DNA from: Vulcanimicrobiales bacterium
GTDB taxonomy: Bacteria; Vulcanimicrobiota; Vulcanimicrobiia; Vulcanimicrobiales; Vulcanimicrobiaceae
Assembly: GCA_038231455.1 (NCBI GenBank)
Contig: JBBRLI010000008.1
Location: forward strand, 64,001-128,000
Length of the DNA: 64,000 bases
Direction of reading: 5' to 3'
This document shows, piece by piece, positions 37,353 through 49,600 of the stretch; position 1 is the first letter of the stretch, and the number at the start of each line of letters is the position of its first letter. Under the pieces are notes generated by a model. It ran no database searches. It saw nothing but the letters and a program-made list of their open reading frames with translations, and was not told the origin of the DNA. The translations under genes and the position numbers were made by a program.

Positions 37353-38906
37353 ATGAGTTCGGCGGCGGAGGGCGATTCGCTTCGTACGACGGTCTGGATC
37401 ACGGGCGATCAGTGCTCGCCGTTCAACTCGGCTCTGGTGGGCGCCGATCCGGCTCGCACCCGCGTGCTGATGATCGAATCGACGACCCGCGCTCGCATCC
37501 GGCCGTACCACAAGCGCAAGCTCGTGCTCATCTATGCGGTGATGCGCCATTTCGCAGGCGACCTGCGTGCGGCTGGCTGGACGGTGGATTACTACGCCGA
37601 GTGTGCCGACTATCTCGGCGCACTCGATGCGCACCTTGCCGCCTGGCAGCCCCGGCAGCTGCGAATGATGGCACAGTCCGAATTCGGCGTCACCGAGAGG
37701 CTTCTCGCGCTTGCAACGGAGCGAGGCCTGCCGTACGAGGTTCTGCCGCATTGCAACTTCATCTCGGAGGCAAGCGACTTCGACCGCCTGGCCAAAACGG
37801 AATCGTCTCGCGTGACGATGGAAAATTTCTATCGCGGCATGCGCAAGAAAACGGGCTTCCTGATGGACGGGGGCGCGCCCATTGGAGGGGCGTGGAACTA
37901 CGACGCCGAGAATCGCGAACCGCCCAAAGCCGGGATGCGATTTCCCGCAGCGCTCGCCTTCAAACCCGACGAAATCACCCGCGATGTCATCGCGATGGTC
38001 GAGCGTCAATTTGCCGACCACCCCGGTACCATCGGCATGTGGAGCCTACCGGTTACACGGCGCGATGCGCTCGAGCTGCTCGATGATTTTATCGCCAACC
38101 GGCTCGACGGATTCGGTCCGCACCAAGACGCGATGATCCTCGGCGAACGCACGATGAATCACTCCTTGCTTTCCGCCGCGATCAATGTCGGTTTGCTGCA
38201 TCCGCTCGAATGTTGCGAGCGCGCGGAGCTTGCCTACCGTAGCGGCGATGCGCGGCTGCAGTCGGTCGAGGGGTTCATCCGCCAGGTCATCGGTTGGCGC
38301 GAATACATCTGGCGTATTTACTGGAAGATGATGCCGGAGTACCGCACACGCAACGTCCTCGGCGCCACGTTGCCGTTGCCGAGATTCTTTTGGACCGGCG
38401 AGACCGACATGAATTGCCTGCGCGAGTCGCTCGCGCACGTACGCGAAACGGCCTACGCGCACCACATCTTACGACTGATGATCCTTGGCAACTTCGCCCT
38501 GATCGCCGGTTTCGAACCGCAAGAAACCAACGACTGGTTTTGGGCGATGTTCGTTGACGGCTACGACTGGGTGATGGTCCCCAACGTCATCGGGATGACC
38601 TTGCATGCCGATGGCGGTTACGTCGGCACGAAGCCGTACGCGGCCTCGGCCAATTATATCAACAAGATGTCCAACTATTGCCGCCCGTGCCGCTACGACC
38701 CAAAACAGACGACGGGCGACGACGCGTGCCCGTTCAACAGCCTCTACTGGGATTTTCTCGACCGCAACGATGTGCGCTTCTCCAAAAATATGCGCATGGC
38801 AATGGTGATGAAAAATTGGCAGCGTCGGCCGGACGCCGGGAAGGTCGCGGTGCGGTCGCAAGCCGCGCTCATCCGCGAGCGCTTGCGCAAAAACGATCCC
38901 GTCTAG
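37353..38906 (+). CDS. Fe-S bacterial cryptochrome/(6-4) photolyase (CryB/PhrB class)
   Basis: GDQ, HKRKL....MRHFA, GG.WNYD.ENR, EGFIRQ.IGWRE, YAHHI.RLM, four Cys (MNC, YC..C, ACPF). Confidence 0.92.
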   Translation: MSSAAEGDSLRTTVWITGDQCSPFNSALVGADPARTRVLMIESTTRARIRPYHKRKLVLIYAVMRHFAGDLRAAGWTVDYYAECADYLGALDAHLAAWQPRQLRMMAQSEFGVTERLLALATERGLPYEVLPHCNFISEASDFDRLAKTESSRVTMENFYRGMRKKTGFLMDGGAPIGGAWNYDAENREPPKAGMRFPAALAFKPDEITRDVIAMVERQFADHPGTIGMWSLPVTRRDALELLDDFIANRLDGFGPHQDAMILGERTMNHSLLSAAINVGLLHPLECCERAELAYRSGDARLQSVEGFIRQVIGWREYIWRIYWKMMPEYRTRNVLGATLPLPRFFWTGETDMNCLRESLAHVRETAYAHHILRLMILGNFALIAGFEPQETNDWFWAMFVDGYDWVMVPNVIGMTLHADGGYVGTKPYAASANYINKMSNYCRPCRYDPKQTTGDDACPFNSLYWDFLDRNDVRFSKNMRMAMVMKNWQRRPDAGKVAVRSQAALIRERLRKNDPV

Positions 38907-38996
38907 GCCGAATCTTTACGGAGAATAAGCAAAAAGTCACCGTTTTGGTCGCTTGCATCCAGGGCGGCAAGCGCTGTCTGCCGATACCTCCAGTGT

Positions 38997-40832
38997 ATGG
39001 ACGTCCGTCCTTCGTCCTCGCGATCGGTCAATCGTGATGGGCTGAGTCTGCTTCTCGGAAATCTGGTCCCTTCGTTCGAGCTTTTCGAGGGCTTAAATGA
39101 CGGTGTGGTTGTGTATGCTCCGGACGGTCGCTGGGCGGCTTGCAATCGGAAAGCGGCGCAACTCGTCGGATACGAGTCCGCCGACCTGATCGGACAGCAG
39201 CTCGGACGGTTCATTGCCGAGGTCGAGAAGCAGCGGATCGCGTCAATTTTCGAGACGACGCTGCGCGGCGAAGTACTTCCCGAGTTCGAAACGCATCTCG
39301 TCCACGCCGATGGCACGCGGGTCGAGATCATGCTGCGCCTGCTCCCGGCGACCTTCGACGGCGAGATCGTTGGCATCTATGGAATCGCCACCGACCTGCG
39401 CGCCCAGCGTTCGATCGAACGCGTCTTTGCAAACAACGCGCAGAAGTATCGCTCGCTGTTCGAACATCATACCGACGCGATCGTCATCGTTGATTCCAAA
39501 GGACGCTTTGCAGCGATCAACATCGCGGCGGAAGAGATGACGGGCTATCTCAACGAGGAAGTCGTCCACCAGCCGGTCGCGATGTTGTTTGATTCGGACG
39601 TCCCCGGCGTCACCGCCGGCGTTCTTGCCGCCACAACCCATACCGAGTCGACGCGCTACGTGCTGCCGCTGCTGCGCAAAGACGGAACGCACATCGACGT
39701 CGAGGGGGAGACGATCCCGATCATCATCGACGGTGTTGTCACGGGCTTCTTCGCCGTGTCGCGCGACGTAACCGAACGCGAGATCTTGGCAGAAGAGATT
39801 GCCACCAAGAGCCGCCGCATCCACCAACTCTATCGCATCGCATCCTCGGTCAAGGCGACACCGGACGAACAAATCGCCCGCGCGCTCGAGCTGGGTCTCG
39901 AAGAGCTTGGATACGAGTGGGGCGAAATCGGACGGGTCGGAGACGGCGTCCTTACCGTTACGCATAGTGTCGGTAAGGATAACGAATTTCAAGTCGGCTT
40001 TACGGCGCCGATCGGCCAGACGCTCGCGCGCCACGTGATCGCGAACGATGAAATGCTGGTGATCGAAGACCTTTCACAGCCGCCGTGGTTGACCGACCGT
40101 TCCGGACGTGCAAAAAAATACAGCTCGTTCGTCGGCGTTCCGATTCACTACGATGGCGCACCCGGTGTCGTTTCGCTCTACGGCTCGAAGCCGCGCTCGC
40201 TCACGGAAACCGACCGCGATTATATCGCCGCAATCGTCGCGCTTGCGACGACGTCGGTCGCGCGCAGTCTCCACCACGAACGACTCGATGCGCTCGCTTT
40301 TGCCGATACGCTCACCGGTTTACCGAACCGGCTGCTCTTCATGGACCGGCTCGAACAGCAACTGAATTTTGCGAAACGCCAGAAGCGTTCGTTTGCCGTG
40401 CTCTACGTCGATTTCGATCACTTCAAATCCGTCAACGATACCTACGGTCATGCGATCGGCGATGCGTTTCTCATCGAGATGGCAAAACGATTCCTCGCCG
40501 TCGCACGCGAGAGCGACACCGTCGCGAGAATCGGCGGCGACGAGTTCGTTATTCTCCAGCCGGAGATTACCGATGCCGAACGCGCAACGGAGTTTGCCAC
40601 GCGCCTCCTCGAGGCCACGCGCAAACCGCTGATCTTCGACACCGTCACGATCGTACCGTCGATCAGCATCGGGATTTCCGTCTATCCGCACGATGGCGTA
40701 CGTTCGGAGTCGCTCCTGGGCAATGCCGACACGGCACTCTATTGCGTCAAGGCTGCGGGGCGCAACAATTTTGCGCTCTACGATCCGAAAATGGAGGCGC
40801 GTCCGCGCCCCCGAGGGATGACGACCGGCTAG
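38997..40832 (+). CDS. PAS-PAS-GAF diguanylate cyclase
   Basis: Two PAS domains, a GAF domain, D.LTGLPNR and an intact GGDEF. Confidence 0.92.
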   Translation: MDVRPSSSRSVNRDGLSLLLGNLVPSFELFEGLNDGVVVYAPDGRWAACNRKAAQLVGYESADLIGQQLGRFIAEVEKQRIASIFETTLRGEVLPEFETHLVHADGTRVEIMLRLLPATFDGEIVGIYGIATDLRAQRSIERVFANNAQKYRSLFEHHTDAIVIVDSKGRFAAINIAAEEMTGYLNEEVVHQPVAMLFDSDVPGVTAGVLAATTHTESTRYVLPLLRKDGTHIDVEGETIPIIIDGVVTGFFAVSRDVTEREILAEEIATKSRRIHQLYRIASSVKATPDEQIARALELGLEELGYEWGEIGRVGDGVLTVTHSVGKDNEFQVGFTAPIGQTLARHVIANDEMLVIEDLSQPPWLTDRSGRAKKYSSFVGVPIHYDGAPGVVSLYGSKPRSLTETDRDYIAAIVALATTSVARSLHHERLDALAFADTLTGLPNRLLFMDRLEQQLNFAKRQKRSFAVLYVDFDHFKSVNDTYGHAIGDAFLIEMAKRFLAVARESDTVARIGGDEFVILQPEITDAERATEFATRLLEATRKPLIFDTVTIVPSISIGISVYPHDGVRSESLLGNADTALYCVKAAGRNNFALYDPKMEARPRPRGMTTG

Positions 40833-41665
40833 ACGGCCATCGCCGGTGCCGGAATATCCGGCGAGCGGACGTAGTCGGCACCGAGCTGGGTGAAGAGTTC
40901 GCGCTCGGGGATCGGTGTCGGAATAACGAGCGGCACGCCATCGAGCATGCGCTGCGCCAGATCCATCCACGGCGCGCCGATGAAGCCTGTCGGGTCCTGT
41001 TCGAACACCGTCTGCGCCGTCAGACGCGACTTCCGTACGCCGTCGTTTTCCGGAATACACAGCAGGCACGTCGATCCAATGCGCTCGGCGAACGGTCCGA
41101 CGAGTTCGGCGTTCGAGGCGCGGTTGGCCACGATACCGGCAAGCGTTCCGCCACCGGTCTTTTGTTTGATGGTGATCGCCGTAGCGATGCGGTTCGCCGC
41201 GAAAATCGAGTCGAAGTCGTTGGTCGCAACGATGATGACTTGCTCCGAATGCTGGAGCGGTGCGGAGAAACCGCCGCACACGACGTCACCGAGAACATCG
41301 AAGATCATCACTTCGTAGTCTTTGTAGACGCCGAATTTTTCGAGCAGCTTGACGGTCTCGCCGACGACGTAGCCGCCGCAACCGGCGCCCGCCGGCGGTC
41401 CGCCCGCCTCGACGCAATCGACGCCATATTTGCCTTTGAAGATGATCTCGTCTTTTTCGATCTCTTCGCTCTTGAACTTATAGGAGCTGAGGACTTCGAC
41501 GACCGTCGGGATGAGGTTTCCCGTGAGCGTGAACGTCGAGTCGTGCTTCGGGTCGCAACCGACTTGGATCGTCTTTTTGCCTAAGATTCCGAACGCGGCC
41601 GAGAGGTTCGATGAGAACGTGCTCTTCCCGATCCCGCCCTTGCCATAGACCGCAATTTTCAGCAT
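40829..41665 (-). CDS. bchL: Dark-operative protochlorophyllide reductase Fe protein
   Basis: [59 protein letters not shown]. Confidence 0.96.
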   Translation of the reverse strand: MLKIAVYGKGGIGKSTFSSNLSAAFGILGKKTIQVGCDPKHDSTFTLTGNLIPTVVEVLSSYKFKSEEIEKDEIIFKGKYGVDCVEAGGPPAGAGCGGYVVGETVKLLEKFGVYKDYEVMIFDVLGDVVCGGFSAPLQHSEQVIIVATNDFDSIFAANRIATAITIKQKTGGGTLAGIVANRASNAELVGPFAERIGSTCLLCIPENDGVRKSRLTAQTVFEQDPTGFIGAPWMDLAQRMLDGVPLVIPTPIPERELFTQLGADYVRSPDIPAPAMAV

Positions 41666-41743
41666 ACCGGACTCCCAACCGTCGACGGACACGGCGATGC
41701 CGCGTCTTACAGTGGACCGTACACCTCTTGAGGCTCGGGGGAC

Positions 41744-41759
41744 GGTGATAAACGTCACC
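41744..41759 (-). promoter_or_regulatory. CRP-like box upstream of bchL (GGTGA-cgttta-TCACC on the minus strand)
   Basis: Centre 41751.5; -10-like TACGGT at 41721-41716. Confidence 0.8.
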
Positions 41760-41814
41760 CAGGCGAAGTCCACGCCTCGATACCCCACACATCACGCTCG
41801 AATGGAGCCACTTC

Positions 41815-41946
41815 GTGAGCAACGTCCCGGTCGTTTTTTGGATCCTCGGCATCTTTCTTGTCGGCGCCCTCGGTGGATTTTTCGTGATGCCGCCGCTGCT
41901 CGATCGGATCGATCGCGTCGGCAAAGTCGGGATCATGGGCTGGTAG
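41815..41946 (+). CDS. 43-aa single-TM protein absent from the ORF track
   Basis: GGAG RBS, 7 nt, then GTG; MSNVPVVFWILGIFLVGALGGFFVMPPLLDRIDRVGKVGIMGW. Confidence 0.6.
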   Translation: MSNVPVVFWILGIFLVGALGGFFVMPPLLDRIDRVGKVGIMGW

Positions 41947-41962
41947 TCGCGAAGCCCGCGCG

Positions 41963-42583
41963 GTGATCGTCACCATCTCGCGGGCCTACGGTGCGGCGGC
42001 AAACGCCGTCGCCGCGGAACTGGCCGCCCGCCTCGACTACCGGGTCGTCGCCGACCAGCTCCCGCGCGTGATCGCGGAGCGCCTGGGCTCCTCGGCCGGC
42101 ATGGTCGAGGGGATCGAGGCGACCACGCCGCCCCTTGGCGAGCGTCTGCTGCGTGGGCTCGTTGCGGTGCCCGAGATGGGGATTGCGCTTGCGGCGCCGA
42201 CCGACGCGTATACGACGGCGTATCGGCGTGAAATCGAGCAGCTCGTCCGCGAAGAAGCGGATCGCGGAGATGCGATCATCGTCGGCCGCGCAGCGAACGT
42301 TATCCTCGGACGCCGACCGGAGATCCTCAGCGTCTTTTTGACCGCGCCGCTCGAGTGGCGCACCCAGTACGTCGCAGAATCCCTCGGCATTCCGCCCGCA
42401 CGGGCGTCCGCCGAGATCGCGCGCATCGACAAGGCACGCCGGGCATACACGCGCGACCAATATAAACTCACCTGGGGCGATCGTCGCAATTACGATCTCA
42501 TGCTGGATACGGCGCGCTTTGGGATCGACGGCGTAGCCGAGCTCATCGTTGCCGCCGTACGTTTGGCGCAGAGCGCACGATGA
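41963..42583 (+). CDS. Cytidylate kinase-like family protein
   Basis: IVTISR.YG, IIVGRAAN, D..R..Y, YDL.LDT. Confidence 0.85.
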   Translation: MIVTISRAYGAAANAVAAELAARLDYRVVADQLPRVIAERLGSSAGMVEGIEATTPPLGERLLRGLVAVPEMGIALAAPTDAYTTAYRREIEQLVREEADRGDAIIVGRAANVILGRRPEILSVFLTAPLEWRTQYVAESLGIPPARASAEIARIDKARRAYTRDQYKLTWGDRRNYDLMLDTARFGIDGVAELIVAAVRLAQSAR

Positions 42584-43842
42584 AGAGTCTTCCGCCGCCG
42601 CGCACGGCCGAACCACGCATTTCCTCAGAACGGCCGGCGTTACTGGGCGCGTTTCAATTTCGCGATTTTCGGCTCTTGTGGTTCGGGCTGCTCGTGAGCA
42701 ATCTTGGCACGTGGATGCAATTTACCGCACTCGGTTATTATGTTGTCAAAATCGCGCCGACGCCGTCGCTCGCGCCGCTCTACGTCGGTCTCATCGGTGC
42801 CTCGCGCGCGATTCCCGTGTTGCTGCTCTCGCCGATCGCCGGCGTCATCGCCGATCGTTATCCACGGCGGCGCGTGCTGCTGATCACCAATGTCGTCATC
42901 GCGCTGCTCGCGCTGTTGCTTGCCGTAGTGATGGCCCGAAACGAGGCATCGATCGGCGTGCTTATGGCGATCTCGACGTTGCAGGCGGGGACGCAGGCGT
43001 TCGATTCGCCCGCGCGCCAGAGTTGGATTCCCCTGATGGTCGGGCGCGAATACGTCGGCAATGCGATCGGTCTGAATTCGTTTGCGTTCAATTCACCGAG
43101 CATCGTCGGACCGCCGATCGCGGGTATTCTCATCGCATCGGCGGGCGTGGCAACGTGCGCCTTCATCAACGCCGCGGCCACGCTTGCCGTCGTCGCGGCG
43201 CTGCTGTTGATGAAACCGGTCGGCGTACTCGAAGGCAAGCGCGAGCCGTTCGTTCGGCAGATTCTCGATGGCGTGCGGTTTCTTGCACGCGATCCGGTGC
43301 TGCGTTGGGTCGTGCTCTCGCTCGTCGTGACGTCGCTTTTTGTCCGGCCGTATACGTTCTTGATGCCGGCGTACGCCGCGCACATCGTTCACACCGATGC
43401 GCGCGGCCTTGGGATTTTGCTTGCAGCAAGCGGCCTCGGCGCGATCGGCGGCGCATTCGTAACGGCGATGATTCGCGGCGAACGGCGCTCGGCGATTTGG
43501 TTCTGGTCGTGCGCGACGATGTCGCTGCTCTTCGCGGTGCTCGGGACGATCGATAACGTCCCCTTCGCGCTGCCCGTGCTCGTCGTGCTGGGTAGCGCAT
43601 CGCTCACGTACATCGGAACGGCGAACTTTCTCTTGCAGACGCTCGCACCGGATGAGATGCGCGGTCGCGCGATCTCCGTCTACTCGATGATCCTTTTGGG
43701 ACTCGTGCCGGCCGGCTCGCTGCTCCTCGGCGCCATCGCCTCGATCTTCGATCTACACGTGTCGATGATCGGTGGCGGGGCGATCTCGCTTGTCTGCGCG
43801 CTCTGGTTCTATCTTGCGCACCCACGACTGCGCGAGGCCTAG
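42580..43842 (+). CDS. MFS transporter (EntS/DHA3-like)
   Basis: 'FRLLW.G..VSN.GTWMQ', 'G.IADR..RR'; about 12 TM. Confidence 0.9.
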   Translation: MKSLPPPRTAEPRISSERPALLGAFQFRDFRLLWFGLLVSNLGTWMQFTALGYYVVKIAPTPSLAPLYVGLIGASRAIPVLLLSPIAGVIADRYPRRRVLLITNVVIALLALLLAVVMARNEASIGVLMAISTLQAGTQAFDSPARQSWIPLMVGREYVGNAIGLNSFAFNSPSIVGPPIAGILIASAGVATCAFINAAATLAVVAALLLMKPVGVLEGKREPFVRQILDGVRFLARDPVLRWVVLSLVVTSLFVRPYTFLMPAYAAHIVHTDARGLGILLAASGLGAIGGAFVTAMIRGERRSAIWFWSCATMSLLFAVLGTIDNVPFALPVLVVLGSASLTYIGTANFLLQTLAPDEMRGRAISVYSMILLGLVPAGSLLLGAIASIFDLHVSMIGGGAISLVCALWFYLAHPRLREA

Positions 43843-43845
43843 GAC

Positions 43846-45438
43846 ATGTCCGCGCTGATCGTACTGTTCCTCACCTCGATCGTTGTCCTCGCACTCCTGG
43901 CAAAACGCATTGCGATACCGTATCCGATCGTCTTGACGCTCGGCGGTGCCGCGATCGGCATGATCCCCGGCATTCCGAAAATAGAACTGAAGCCGGAATT
44001 GATCTTTACCATTTTTCTCCCTCCGCTTCTCTATGGCGGCGGATGGGCAACCGATTGGGGGGCTTTCCGCGCGAACCTCAGACCCATCGGCTTGCTCTCA
44101 ACCGGATGCGTGATCTTCACGACGATCCTCGTCGCCGTCGCCGCGCATGCCGTCGTTCCGGAAATGCCGTGGGCCGTCGCCTTCGTCCTGGGCGCAATCG
44201 TCTCGCCGACCGATACCATTGCGGCCCTGACCGTTCTTGAATCGTTCGAAATCCCACGTCGGATTGTAACCATTCTCGAAGGCGAGAGTTTGGTCAACGA
44301 TTCAAGCGCGCTCGTGCTCTACCGGTTCGCCGTCGCTGCAGTCATGACGGGTACGTTCACCTGGTGGCAAGCCGGAGCCCAGTTCGTCTTCGTGAGTGTC
44401 GGCGGCATCGCAATCGGTTTACTCATCGGTTTTCTCAGCGTCGCTCTTTTGCGGTTCATCAATCGCAAGCATTTGACCGACCGTCTGATCGACAACGTTC
44501 TGTATTTTGTCTTTCCCTATGCGGCGTATCTTTCGGCCGAGGAACTTCACGTTTCCGGCGTCCTCGCGGCCGTCGTTGCCGGCATCTACGCCAGCCGCAA
44601 CCGTGCGAAATTCCAAAATGCGGAGGCTCGACTCATCGCCTTCGCGATTTGGGATATGCTGCTGTTCTGCATCAACGCCACGCTCTTCGTTCTTTTGGGA
44701 ATGCAGCTGCCGCGCATTATCGCAAGCCTCCACGGATACACCCCAAGTCTGCTCATCATCGAAGGCCTCGCGGTCGTTGCGGCGGTTGCGATCACGCGCC
44801 TGATCTGGATTTATCCGGCGTCGTATTTCTCTCGGCTTGCCGTCGCAGTTGTGCGACGCGCTCCGATGGAAAGCGTCGCTTGGCAATCGACGACGCTCAT
44901 TGGCTGGACCGGGATGCGCGGGATCATTTCCCTTGCCGCGGCCCTCGCCATTCCCGAAACGATCGGCGGCTCGACGCCGTTTCCGGCGCGCGGAATCGTC
45001 ATCTACCTGACCTTCTGCACCATCTTCGGCACGCTTATCGTCCAAGGGCTGACGCTCGGTCCGCTGATCCGCGCGCTCGGCATCAAACCCGATGGCGACC
45101 CCGAGCGGGAGATCACCGAGGCGCGCGCGCGTATCGCGGAAGCCGGCATGCGGCGTCTCCACGACATGGAGCCCGAGTTCACGACCCCGCATCACTGGGA
45201 AGTCGCCGGGAATATTCGCGCCGACTACGAGCAGCGAATCGAGCACTTTCAATCGCATACCGGGCGCGTACTCTCGGATGATGAAGAAGCGCTCGCGGTG
45301 TATCACCGGTTGCGTCGGTCGACGCTCGATGCCGAACGCTCGTCCGTGATCGCGATGCGTGAGAGCGGCGAAATCAACGACGATGTGTATCGTGCCCTCG
45401 AATACGATCTGGACCTCGCCGAATCCCAAATCGAATAA
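43846..45438 (+). CDS. CPA1 Na+/H+ antiporter
   Basis: FLPPLL, VSPTD, EGESLVND, GMRG..SLAAAL. Confidence 0.92.
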   Translation: MSALIVLFLTSIVVLALLAKRIAIPYPIVLTLGGAAIGMIPGIPKIELKPELIFTIFLPPLLYGGGWATDWGAFRANLRPIGLLSTGCVIFTTILVAVAAHAVVPEMPWAVAFVLGAIVSPTDTIAALTVLESFEIPRRIVTILEGESLVNDSSALVLYRFAVAAVMTGTFTWWQAGAQFVFVSVGGIAIGLLIGFLSVALLRFINRKHLTDRLIDNVLYFVFPYAAYLSAEELHVSGVLAAVVAGIYASRNRAKFQNAEARLIAFAIWDMLLFCINATLFVLLGMQLPRIIASLHGYTPSLLIIEGLAVVAAVAITRLIWIYPASYFSRLAVAVVRRAPMESVAWQSTTLIGWTGMRGIISLAAALAIPETIGGSTPFPARGIVIYLTFCTIFGTLIVQGLTLGPLIRALGIKPDGDPEREITEARARIAEAGMRRLHDMEPEFTTPHHWEVAGNIRADYEQRIEHFQSHTGRVLSDDEEALAVYHRLRRSTLDAERSSVIAMRESGEINDDVYRALEYDLDLAESQIE

Positions 45439-45466
45439 AAAAATCCCGGCACGCGCCGGGATTTTT
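45437..45466. terminator. Bidirectional terminator
   Basis: aaaaaaatcccggc-acgc-gccgggattttt between convergent genes. Confidence 0.85.
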
Positions 45467-45471
45467 ATCGC

Positions 45472-46464
<993 letters not shown>

Positions 46465-46554
46465 GAAGCCTCCAGTTGATGATGGTCCGGCAAGCGAACG
46501 AGCGCTAGTCGTCCGGCAATAGGCGATCGTACGACAAAGTTCCCGCTGGAGTTG

Positions 46555-46586
46555 AAAAACGACCGGGCATCGCTGCCCGGCCGTTC
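46555..46586 (-). terminator. Rho-independent terminator after bchH
   Basis: Minus strand cggccgggca-gcga-tgcccggtcg-ttttt. Confidence 0.75.
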
Positions 46587-46610
46587 CGCTTCTGCCTCTT
46601 TACGCGGGCG

Positions 46611-49600
46611 TTAATCCCCGGCGGAACCCGAGAGTTGACGACGGTAGGTCGTGAGTTCCACATCGGCGTCGAGCTCGTTGAGTTTGTCTTTGAGGGCTTG
46701 CTCGAGGTCGGCATCGGCCCACATGCCACGCCGCTGGGTATCGAGCAGAATGTTGCCGAGATCGCGCGTTTTGTGGACGTTGGCATCCGAGATGCGGTCC
46801 CACTCGGAGAGCGTGACTTCGACGGTGCGTTTCCACAGTTCGGGCGAGATCGTATTGCCGAGCGCGGCTTCGGTGGAACGCATCGCCTTAAAGATGTCGC
46901 CGAATTCCATGACGCCGGAATAGCCGTGTTCCATCATCTTGTCGCGCCACGCTTGCGAGTGGAAGCGCGTGAGCACGCCGTTGACGACGATGTTGCGGAA
47001 GTTCTTGACTTTGGGATCGCGACGTGTGAGGTCGCTGACGACGATCATCGTATCCTCGTGTCCCATCGTGCGTTTGGCCGCGCCGAACGCCGAGGTGAAC
47101 GAGGCGAACATGTCTTCCTTGACCGGTCCGCCAGCCGCCATCTGGACGAGCGGCTGTTGGATAACCTCCACGGTCTCCACAAGATAGCGTTGAATGTCTG
47201 CGGCCGGTTTGATGAGGATGCTCGCAAACTCGGGGATATAGGCGTTGCTATTGTCGCTCATCCAGGCTGCACCGATGTCGTTGAAATCGGTGAAGTTGCC
47301 GGTGTCGAGCATCGCGCCGACCTGACCCATGAATGCATCTTCACCCATGCCGAAGCAGCGGGCTTTCGCAAGCTCCGGATCCATGCCGTTTGCGATCATG
47401 TGGTCGGTATGCTTCTTGACGAAGTTCCACTCGTACGGTTCGTCGGCGTTTGATGCAAGAACCGCGGCATCGTGGATCAACCGAATCGCCCCGGGGAACG
47501 TATTTTTGAAAACGGTCGACGTGTTGGCGAGGATGTCGATGCGCGGGCGACCGAGTTCGTCGAGAGAAATCAGCTCGACGCGTTCGGCGCGGTTGAAGCG
47601 GTCTTTCTGGACGCGTACGCCCATAAGATCGAGCGCCTGCGCGATGCCGACGCCGTCGCTTTCGAGGACTTCCGAGCCCCAGAGGACGACGCCGACGGTT
47701 GCCGGATAGTGTCCGCGCTCGGCGACGGCCGCTTCGAGAATTTGCTCGACGGTGCGGCGTGCTTTGCGGCAGGCAGCTTCCCGCGGCAGCATACGGACAT
47801 CGGTCGAGGCCATGTTGCGGCCGGTCGGGAGCACGTTCCAATTGCCGACCGGTTCGCCGCCCGCTGAGGGCTCGAGGTACTTGCCGTCAAGGGCCGTGAG
47901 CAGGCCTTTGCGTTCGCCATCGCCGACGCGACCGAGCTCCGCATAGAGCGTGCGCGCGCGTTCGATGAACGTCGTGAGCTCACCGAGTTCGTACGGGTTT
48001 TTCGCAAGCGTATGTCCGGCGATCGGACGCGTGCTCAAGATGCCGACAATCGCCGCTTGACCGACTTTGCCGCTGGGACGCAGCACTTCGGCCGAAACGA
48101 TTTCTTTGCCGGCTTCTTTAATCTCATCGAGGATTTCGTGGTTGTAGAGACCGTCTGCCGTGCGGCCGTGTTGATCGGCCATCAGTTTGTCGTACGGGAT
48201 GCCGTAGCAGCCCGCGATCAAGCGATAGAAGTCCACGTCCGAGAATTCGAGGCAAGCGTAGAACGTCGAGAGCTGATCTTCGGGTGAGAGGTTGCGGCCG
48301 AAGACGTGCTGACCCGCGGGCGCAAATTCGCCTTCGAGCGAGACGAGTTCGTCGTGGACGCGCGCGACGTACTTGCGCTGTTCGTCTTCGTTTGCCCAAC
48401 GCACGTCGATACCGCCGCGTTCGTCCGGAACGCGGGCCGGCGGAAGAAGCGGCTGTTGTCCCGCAGCTTCCGTCCGAATACCGCTGCGCTCGACAACTTC
48501 GACGACTTCCGAGGCGATGTCCGAGCGTTTCTCGACGTCGCTGGAGTTCGTATTGTAGTAGTCGTGCACGAGGCGATGCAGGTTACGCAAATCTTCGCTG
48601 CCGTCGACAGAGACGAGCGGCGGGCAGAGGTGCGAGAGAATCGTTGCATACGAACGGCGCCGCGCGATCGAGGCTTCGACCGGATCGACGACGTTGAAGA
48701 TGTACGCGTGCGGCGTCGAGTCGACTAAGAACTCCGGATAGTCGCCCGCAGCAGGGCACCACTCTTTGCCTTTCGCCCATTCGACGAGTCCGTGCGTGCC
48801 GACGTGGACGATCGCATCGGCGTTGAAGCGGCGCGTAGCGTAGCGATACGATGCGAGCAGCCACGGCGAAGGCGGTGCGCCTTTGTCGTGGATGGCGCTA
48901 AGGTCTTCCATGCCCTGCATGTCTTGCAGCAGCACCAGAATGTTGCCGAAGCGCAGACCTTTGATTGGAATCGTCGCCGGCGGTTGGCCCCACACGTCGT
49001 AAAAGTACGATTCGAACTTCGTCGGAAGATCGTGCACCCAGTCGCGGATCTCCGCGCTCGAGACAGCGCCGACGGTGTGATACCCGGCGTACATGTCTTG
49101 CAGTTTTTTGGAGATTTCAAGATCCGTCGCGTCGATATCGCCCGTGCGGTAGCCGTTCTCTTGCAGCGTCTCGAGCATCGTACGAATGGAGCCGGCGATA
49201 TCGAGGAAGAGCGCGACGCCGATGTTCCCAGGTCCCGGCGGGAAGTTGTAGATAAACGCCGCGATCTTCTTTTCGTCATTTTTGAGGTGGCGCAGCTTGA
49301 GCCAACGGGTCGAAATCTCAGCGAGGTTTTCGACGCGATCGGGGATCGGTTCGAGCGCACTAATATCGGCGTTTGTTGCTTCGCGCGAGCAGATCGGCGG
49401 CATCGGTTGAATGCCTTCGGTCTCGGGGGTGACGATGTTGCCGATGTATTCGAGCGATGCGACGCCGAATTTCGATGCCGCAAGATCGGCGCGCGACATC
49501 GCGGCGTTTACGGGTGAGGTGTAGACGCGCGGATCGCCGAGATCGTGAATGAGATCGATCGACGGCTCGGGTGCGCCCGCGAACATCGAACCCGCAAGAT

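Noticed and set aside
41755-41976. 73-aa minus-strand ORF upstream of bchL
   Set aside because: It overlaps the next gene and the regulatory box. The plus-strand 43-aa ORF has an RBS and a coherent TM helix.
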